A stretch of DNA of 63,833 nucleotides, the filler included, from Perkinsus chesapeaki ATCC PRA-425 (taxonomy: Eukaryota > Protista > Perkinsozoa), in assembly GCA_013115145.1 (NCBI GenBank). It is 7 parts of 7 records of this genome, joined end to end, with 100 filler letters (N's around TTAATTAATTAA, not from the genome) between each part and the next. Parts side by side here need not be neighbours in the genome. Positions count along the whole stretch, not along the records: positions 55,641 to 57,556 come from JAAPAO010001731.1; positions 57,657 to 62,173 come from JAAPAO010001253.1; positions 62,274 to 63,833 come from JAAPAO010001899.1; 4 more parts are not named here. The stretch is one strand, 5' to 3'. The notes beneath the pieces are model-generated. The model had not been told where the DNA came from. It saw nothing but the letters and a program-made list of their open reading frames with translations, and made no database searches. The translations under genes and the position numbers were made by a program. Shown one piece after another: positions 55,641 through 63,833 of this stretch (its first letter is position 1; the number at the start of each line of letters is the position of its first letter).

Positions 55641-57556
55641 ACCGTGAGCTTTGGCGTCTTCGCTGATCGGAATTGATGTCATCGGGAGCGTCGGTGTTAC
55701 GATAGCGTCAACCTTCTCAAATATCGCTGTCCTGCACAAGGTTTACGGAGCAGGGCTTCTCGAGGGTGGCTGACCATTTTTCCATTGCCCAACCTTTGAG
55801 ACGTTCCATAGAAAGCCTTTCAACGGCCGTGACGTCTCTACCTATCCCCAATTGGATCTGCAAGCTATGAATACGTCAACCGCCCACGAACACTATCATC
55901 CAACCTGAGTTCCTGGCTCCAATCGTCGGATAACTTCGTAGTCAAGGGCTTTAGAGAATTCAGCTGAGATGGTGAGAGCTGAAAGAAAGACAAAAGGTCG
56001 ACTTGAGATGTACCGTGGAAGGACTATAGTAGTTTACCGTGTGAGAAAGATTGCGCACGCATGTTTGGCATAGTGAAGTTCTGCACATTCCATCCCAAAG
56101 TAACAATAGTCTTCTGGAACGCCTGATAAACATCATTAGCCATCACAAGGGAGTTCAACACTTACATTGTAGACTTCGGGTGAGCTATCTTGAACCCAAT
56201 CCTGGAAGACACCAACGGTGACATCGGTCTTGGTCTCACCCGTCAAAGCGTGTAGATTCACCGCCGGACGGCCGTTGGGACCATAAAGACGGTCATATAT
56301 GTGGGGCACTGAAAAGGACAAGATAAAACTAAATCCAGATGATGATGATGTTACCTTCATGTTGGGTATTGCCAATAACTCTGAGAACATGTGCTGCATC
56401 CGCTACAGTAGCTGTAATCGGGCCACAGTGGATCACAGTGAAAATGGGAGTGCTGCCAGTTTCAAAATTAACCTGTCATTGGAGTTGGTAACTTGGATTC
56501 TATCTGTCGCTCAACTTACTCGGCCGAAGGTTGGAGCTAGTCCAACTACTCCTGACCATGAAGAAGGTATACGGATTGATCCGCCGCCATCGAAGCCTAT
56601 CGCGAAAGGTACCTGAAAGTAGTAACAGTAAACTCGTGTTCAGATTGAATCTCACCAATCCAGCAGCCACCGCCGTAGCGCTCCCGCTGGAGCTTCCGCC
56701 GGTATAATACGAAGTGTTAAAGGCATTCACCGGACCTTGGTACCAACCTGAAGACCAGTTCAACCATTATCTCTTTGTCCCCTACTGTTGAAGCCTAGAG
56801 GTGATACGCCATACTCGTGTAGAGTTGTAGTTCCAAGCAGGATGGCCCCTGCATCTAGTAGACTTTGGACCACGGGGTCATTCTTTTCCTGGCGGCAAAC
56901 AGACAAACACATCAACTACACTCACTCTACTCAACTTACTGCGTCCTTTGTCCCTGGCAGTGGATCGTTCGGATTGGTGCCGCAGAGGTTCCGAAGACCT
57001 TTTACCTACGATGGAGGGAATGCATTGATAAGCCTCAACAGAAGGCACTCTAAACTCTAGAGTCCAAGGAATAGCAGTCCCTTCGGAAGTTTGAACGCTC
57101 AACACATTTGGGCTTTGCGTTGAAAACTGAAATAACTAGCGATACGATTAGACGAGAAATTATCAATGATAATTATGAATAAATTATTAACTTATCATCG
57201 ACGGTGATTCACAGGCTCGTCGAAAGAGGGAGGGCGACTTCGCCGGTGATAGGATTAACATTCAGTGGTTCTGTAGTACATCTAGACAAGTTCGGTTAGA
57301 TTGATGTATTTTTACTATGTTTGGTAAATGTTTCAAGTTGAAACCTTCAGGCATGTCGCCCTCAAAGTTTCAGAGGGAAACTCACTAAATTGGACAGTTT
57401 TGCTTGCATCTCATCCTTAAACTTTTCTAAGCCAACAATAAATGGTTTTATCCTATACGATACTTATTCATTGTTAGTCTGTTAAACATTAGGAAGGTAC
57501 ATATTATTGAGACTAAATACCCACTTGCATCTCATCCTTAACAGCGAAGGGTACAC
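55641..57556 (-). CDS. Amidase-signature family enzyme (FAAH-like), multi-exon, truncated by gaps
   Basis: [67 protein letters not shown]. Confidence 0.9.
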
Positions 57557-57751
57557 NNNNNNNNNNNNNNNNNNNNNNNNNNNNNNNNNNNNNNNNNNNN
57601 TTAATTAATTAANNNNNNNNNNNNNNNNNNNNNNNNNNNNNNNNNNNNNNNNNNNNTCTATGCTTATCTATAGACTACGTCCATTAGACTAAAACTGTTA
57701 CGCTTCTGGATCTATGAGCTTCTTCGCGTTCAGTATATCTAGGGTAGACTC

Positions 57752-57804
57752 TAGTCGGCCCGACTGAGTCGGGTTACCCGACTCGGGTATTACCCGGCGG
57801 GTAA
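57752..57804. other. Chain of three overlapping +14-nt scars (perfect T=GTCGGGTA at 57768-57789; one-mismatch scars at 57752-57773 and 57783-57804)
   Basis: gtcgggt-tacccgac-tcgggta; tagtcgg-cccgactg-agtcggg; tcgggta-ttacccgg-cgggtaa. Confidence 0.75.
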
Positions 57805-58049
57805 TAGTAAGCCGTACGGTAGTCAATTCCCCTACTGTACCCGGAAGAGTAAGGGAATTGACTACGATACCGGGGTGTCTTTTGCCGCTGTTTATGTTTC
57901 ACACACCTAATTTTCTTTCGTACACAAATTGTGTAACACAATATGATCATGTGTCGTACTATCACGTAATGTGATAGTATGCGTGCCGCCGCGATCGATT
58001 TTCCTGGTCTCATCTTTGCCATTCCTCACTAATTCCTTTTGAATCACCT

Positions 58050-58615
58050 CAGTTTGACTCACCTCGGTATATTAACATGCCTTTAAGGCATTGCCTTATA
58101 AACGAACCGTACGTTCGGTATGTTCCCTACATGTGTTCATGTCCGAGGTATGGACAGCTCGGCACATGCTATCATATACACATGGTAGAAAATCGTATGA
58201 ATAATGATAGCGTGGTACGCAATGCTGCCGAGTCAGTTGGCAGTGCCGAGCCTGAAGCTGACTCGGTCCTCGGCAGAGGCTCCTCGCAAGACATGGGATC
58301 TTGTGCCGGAGGAGCGGCAGTGCCTGTGCAGTGACGGGAGAGCGGTCCCAACCAAGCAGCGCCATTGATACTCTCATCGCGGATGGTAGTAAGCGCAAGA
58401 AAGGGAGGCCTGGCCGCAAGCCGCCTGCTCTAAAATGTTCTAAGACTGATGTTACTCCACTACTTCCTACAAAGTCCCTGCCTGAGGAGCTGCTGAACTT
58501 TTCAGCTCCAAGCGGCTGCAGTCAAGCCGCTGAACCATCGAACTGCGGAGATTCGTATGTGGATGAAAGTGACCTTCCTCCGAGTGTGGACGCAACTATA
58601 AGGAGGCGTCAGTGA
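58050..58615 (+). mobile_element. SWIM zinc-finger remnant, probably the C-terminus of a Mutator/MULE transposase
   Basis: MCSCPRYGQLGTCYHI (CxC..CxH) followed by basic KRKKGRPGRK; no DDE core seen. Confidence 0.55.
58077..58098. other. +14-nt scar, T=ATGCCTTA
   Basis: atgcctt-taaggcat-tgcctta, perfect. Confidence 0.75.
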
Positions 58616-61082
58616 TGGGTTTCATCGAATGTGGGTAGGTAAAGTCTGAATTAGCCGATGTATAACTGTTTTTTCTGTTCAAGTTACGGTTGCGAGAATG
58701 CGGTTAGGTAATGCCGCTGAATTAATGAGCTGAATTTTATCTTCTTTTTCAAACAATTTGATTACACTGTGCTTCACTGGGTGCACTGCTGACCGCATCA
58801 GCGGTTGACATCCGTTTCTTGAAAAAAGTGTACTGGTTTCGTAGTAAATTTGATTAGCTTCGCGTTCATACTAGCAGTTTTGTAGATNNNNNNNNNNNNN
58901 NNNNNNNNNNNNNNNNNNNNNNNNNNNNNNNNNNNNNNNNNNNNNNNNNNNNNNNNNNNNNNNNNNNNNNNNNNNNNNNNNNCATGGCAAAATCTTACCT
59001 CTTCCATTGAAACCGATTTTTTGGAGTTTTAAAAATCAGATTTCTCGCCAACCCAATCGAATATCATCATGGGCCGTATGCCGTTAGAAACTCACTCTCG
59101 AGGGCTTTCGAACGTCGCACGTGTCGTCGAAATATTCGCCCTCCTGAGAAAGTTATTCAAAAAGGCCATTTTTTGGGACACCCTGTATATGTTGCATCGG
59201 AGATTGCCCACGCCAGCTACTGGCTGTGTTAGGATAAGTGTACTATCGAGCCTAAGCCCAATATCTGCGTATGGGGCCTCCTTGCGAAGGGAAGGGCCGC
59301 GATAGCCCATCGCTAATGAGTGAACCTGCTTTCTCAGGGCAAAAGTAGGTTCTACAGGGCCTCATTAAAGCTAGTGCCCTAGGCACCAATATCTTGGTAA
59401 AAGAAGGATTTACCACAGGGAGGTCGTCAGCTCCACTCATTGAGTTGAACTTCTCGAGGATCACAATGGCACTCTATGTAATCATTGAAATGCAATGTAA
59501 TCATACACCTAATGTAATCGTAGTATAGCGATATCTCTTGGTGATGAGCACTAAGTGCTCACTTTTTGCGTTAACACTCCGGATTGGCTTGTCACATGCA
59601 TCAATCAGATGAAACCCTCTTAGAGGATAGCTCCCGTATGCAATGCAGGGCAGCCACGGTATTCAATGGAAACTCTTCGTGGGCGTTCTTTTTTGGCGTG
59701 GAAATATGAACTCGCTCAGAGAGTCATTCATACATCCTAGCCACGACAGCTAGTAGCTCTTGAACGTTGCTAATACCTTTTCAGTGCACGCATTCACAAG
59801 CAAGTTCTGTCTCACAAGCAATAAACAGAGTGGGTACTTTGTTCCACAACAGATTACAGTCTCCACTCCGAGCAACTAGCGCATAGGTACCTATTAAGAA
59901 CTTTTAAAACCCGGCCACGAAGGTCATGAACCAGAAAAGGACCGAGGCCCCTTTCGTGTAAAGACTATATCAACGGTAATGGAAACGTGATCAAACGTAA
60001 ACGTATACATAAACGTACACTAACGTGATTTTCATACCAATCACATCCGAATAGCAAAAACGGTACCTCACCATAAGGAATCAGTATGCTACGGAAAAAA
60101 CTCATATATTTGTTAACTGGATAATATGTCAACAACGAGCATATTCCGTAGGCATTAGCATTAGGACTTCGGTATAGTGCTTACTGCGTGTCTAGGCCCA
60201 GCCTAGTAGGCTGTTCTATGAGCCCAGACGGCTAAATTGTGGCTGGTCGGCATTGGGAACCCTCAAGTCGTCTGGCAGACCGTAGCACTTAGTCACGAAA
60301 AGCCAAAACTGCAGATTCGAGTTTCATCAACCTGCGACTCCATCATCCTGCTTTTTCCTCATCGCGAGAGGACGTCCCGGAAGATTTCATTGCGCATTTT
60401 GTCCAGTACCTGAGGCATACCAGAGCTTCTAAGAACTAGTGGTCATGAACTAATAACCCTTTAGTGTACTGCTTCTCACGAAAATCGGATGGTGTACAGA
60501 CTCGATCGCAATCCCTCCACGACTGCAATGGAGACAATCGGATGCTATCTTGTTGAGAACAAAGATTTATGTTCCAAGCCTCTTCAAGTGGAGGACTCTG
60601 AGTAAACCACTTGTGCGCCGGCCCGGACATGAGCCTGATCCACCTCGAGCTTGTAGAAAACTCAAATAGAAGCCAGATCAGAACGCCCATAAGAATTACA
60701 AAACACCGCCCNNNNNNNNNNNNNNNNNNNNNNNNNNNNNNNNNNNNNNNNNNNNNNNNNNNNNNNNNNNNNNNNNNNNNNNNNNNNNNNNNNNNNNNNN
60801 NNNNNNCCCCCGATTCGATGCCACCGACAGCCGGGTCGTTCCACATCTAGCTCCGATTTAGATGGTGTAACCTTGTAGGCTTTATCCGTGTAGAATGAAA
60901 ACTGCGGCATATTACTCGCAGAGTTCCTGCGCGGCACAGCCACGCGAGGGTTGAAGCACTCTGGAAAATGTGCGTGCAGCACGCAGGCCCCCGAAAAGTA
61001 TGTACTGTGCTTCAATGATTCCATTGGATCACTCCGTGTTCACATGGAAAGCTCATGGTGAAACAATCGCTCACGAATCGCG

Positions 61083-62173
61083 ATGAACTTGATCGTTTTC
61101 AGCTTCGCTTTCCCTATTATTTCAACAAAATCTATGAAGCTCTTTTCCGCGTCGATCCTAATCTTACTCTTCGGCGAGTTCCCAATTACAATAGCCCAGA
61201 CAACCCCCTCGATGCTAGATAGAAGTGTTATGTCTGAGTTATTGGTCAATAGTAGCATGTACAATAAGATGATACCTGGTAATGCGAGTAATGTCGTGCT
61301 ACGCGGGGTCGACCCACTAGGACGCTTGGTGTTCTCTGGTCGCGTAAGCGACTCTACCTCCAGCATCTGGAGGTCTTCTGCTGAGCTCAAATCCTTCGAT
61401 TATATTTTACATCATAGCAACATCGACATTATAGATTTAGATGCTAGTCATAGCTTGTCTGAGATTTTCTTTGTTACTGCCTCTGAATTCGGTATTATCG
61501 ATGCTCATAGTTTCAGCATTACTTACATTGACAATATTCGTTACTCTCATCTTTCTGGAGTAGTATTTGATAGTGACAACGATGCGGTTTATCTCAGTAG
61601 TCAGTCTGATCACGTAGTTTTTCGTTATAAGCGTATATCTGGTGTGTGGATGCCTAAAGAAGTATTGGTTGGTGAGATTGGTATTTCCGGTAGTAACGGT
61701 ATTCTCATTGACACTCCTACCTCGCTGGACATCCTACATGGTACGCTAACTATTCGGGTGGCTGGTGGTGTAAGTATGTTCGATCTATCTAGTGAGAAGG
61801 GAAGTCTATTTCCACTGCCATTCGCCAGCGCCTCTCAGGCCTCTGATGCCATCCTCGTGGCTAACGATAGACTGGTTGCTGTATCCGGTGCGCCAACGCA
61901 TCTTTCGTTCCTAAACCCTTACGACATCGATTGCGAAGCCGTTCACATTCCACTCGACCTCTGTTCGGTTGTTGAGAAGGAGCTTACCCTTAAGAGTCCG
62001 CAGTGTGTTGTATCTCTGGTTCGCGGCCCTTCAGGAGTGGTTATTGCTCAAGACGTCAGTGATACTACCACGTGGCATGCTTCTATACTTTCAATCCATC
62101 CTTTGATTGGTTTGAGCATCGACACTGAGGAGCCCTTGAGGCTGCTGTTCGACGACGCCGTGACCACATTGTC
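61083..62173 (+). CDS. Intronless secreted beta-propeller-like (NHL/6-bladed-like) protein; likely start 61134; 3' end in gap
   Basis: Signal-like MKLFSASILILLFG; beta-rich repeats (LSGVVFDSDNDAVYLS, LVGEIGISGSNGILIDTPTSL). Confidence 0.6.
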
Positions 62174-62274
62174 NNNNNNNNNNNNNNNNNNNNNNNNNNN
62201 NNNNNNNNNNNNNNNNNTTAATTAATTAANNNNNNNNNNNNNNNNNNNNNNNNNNNNNNNNNNNNNNNNNNNNG

Positions 62275-63833
62275 TATCTGGACTCGGGTTGGTGGTTTGA
62301 GGCACCACCTGATGGGAGAGAGGTACCACTACCACCAAGCCAGGTTGTTGTGCTGACCAAGGCAAAAAAACCGAGGCTGGTGATAGATTGCCGACCACTA
62401 AACAAGCTGTATCAGAGGAGTTCGTCCCCCTCTCTAAAGATTTGGATACTTCTGATGAATATGCGGATGCTAGGGCCGCAAAAAGCTGTATTTGTAGATG
62501 TGAAGGCTGCTTTCTATCGGGTGCGGCAGGAACCGCCCCCGGTAATAGTCGGAAAGAGCCGATGGATAACATGGAGAATGCCATTTGGGGTAAAGTGGGG
62601 GCCTGCGGGTCTGTTTTCTTCATTAGGTCTATCCATCGGGGCCGTAGAGGCTGACATCCTCGAACTAGTCGCATACATTCTCGTGCTACTGTTCGTTGAT
62701 GATCTAACCCTTGCAGGAAGCAGACTAGGAGCCGTGCTGAGGTTCATAATAATTTTCCTACGCGCAATGGGGTTTGCAATTGCGCTCAAGAAGTTTAAGG
62801 CTATCACCAGCATTAACGATGATGCGGACCTCCTAGATATTGGAGTCCCTATCAGCGATAAAGCTGAATTACTGAGTTGTGAGCTGTCGTATGCACGCAA
62901 TGAGAGTCAAGAGACCGTGCTGTGTATAGACTGTTGTCGAGAGCCAAGGCTGTCTAAATGTCGGGACTGGTTGGACAGTGGAGCCCTCCCGACGAAAGCT
63001 GTGATGTATTCCCTTGCCGGGAACCTTTCCTACGACCCTTTGAGGCTCCACCCGGTTGAACGTCTGTTAGCGGATGAGATACGAGCCGCTACAGCTGGGT
63101 GGCCTGACTGGTCTAAAGTTGCGTCTCTCACGGGAGACAAACAGAAGCACTATGAAGCTGTGATGGCCTGGATGGCTGAGGTTACCCAAGAGGGGCCAGC
63201 CGTGACTCCAGGATGTAAGCATACCTCCCCCCTCTACGAGTCCCATGAGTTGTTAATCGAAGCATTTTCTGACGCCTCGCTTGTCGGGTCGGGTTTCGCG
63301 ATATACTGTCGTCGCCCAACCGATCCAATAGAAGCTCGCGTCCCCTTGTGGTTAGAGGCTTGGCGTCAGAAGCATCCACGCTGGCACTCTAATAGGAGGG
63401 AGTTGGCCGCGGCGCTGCGATGTGTACAAGCGACGGTGGACCTGCTTAAGGTGCGGCAGGAACACTTGAGCCCCTATTGTCCTTCGAAAGTGCTCTTCTA
63501 CTGTGATAACAAGTCCACAGTTCAATGGAGCAACACAGAGGGCATCGGTGACCAAGTTCTGGCAGGCAAAGCTGTGGAGCGTCGTGCACTAGCAAGGCAC
63601 ATTTTCTCTATCCAGAGCGAACTACGGGCTTTGCGCTGCGAGTTACAGTGTCCGACTGAGGTCGTTCATGTGGAGGGGGCAAGTAACCACTCTGCCGATT
63701 GGTTAAGCAGGCTAGGGGAACGTCTGAGCACGTTCGCTATCCAGACGGACGACAGTGAGGATGAGGAACACCTTACTGACCGGTCATGGATGATCGAACA
63801 TGAGTTGTACCAAGAATATAGCCACGAAGCCGA
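62275..63833 (+). mobile_element. Second BEL/Pao-like pol (RT plus RNase H), uninterrupted ORF of ~519 codons running off the window (absent from the ORF track)
   Basis: Hand translation: PRLVIDCRPLN, DVKAAFY, RMPFGVKWGP, LFVDDL, SLAGNLSYDPL, FSDAS, WHSNRRELAA, CDNKS, HVEGASNHSADWLSR; no stop codon. Confidence 0.92.

Noticed and set aside
22567-62273. TTAATTAATTAA palindromes flanked by N runs (at 22611, 31629, 52646, 55585, 57601, 62218) and plain N gaps (58888-58982, 60712-60806)
   Set aside because: These are scaffolding linkers with stops in all frames, not biology. Adjacency across the gaps is not guaranteed.

Overview
Eukaryotic, intron-rich, gapped scaffold. The short introns, intronless secreted-protein families and NNN-TTAATTAATTAA-NNN linkers suggest a Perkinsus-like alveolate; this taxon is an inference. 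Recognisable genes: a duplicated secreted-protein gene (one intact copy, one frameshifted) flanking an intronless S41-type protease; methylcrotonyl-CoA carboxylase beta; a Yak1/DYRK kinase; at least 4 tandem intronless POT/PTR peptide transporters; an LPAAT-type acyltransferase; a propeller plus zinc-finger protein; ankyrin/LRR exons; an amidase; and a secreted propeller protein. Mobile DNA: a decayed hAT transposase, a SWIM-finger (Mutator-like) remnant and two BEL/Pao-like pol regions. The most striking signal is a stereotyped 22-bp scar, T1-7 + reverse complement of T1-8 + T2-8, where T is an 8-mer (net +14 nt). I found it by eye 8 times perfectly and about 8 more times with one mismatch. 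One scar has an empty-site paralog and another frameshifts an RNase H. This is the structure predicted if an 8-bp-TSD (hAT-type) transposon excises via flank hairpins and the opened hairpins anneal through the duplicated target.
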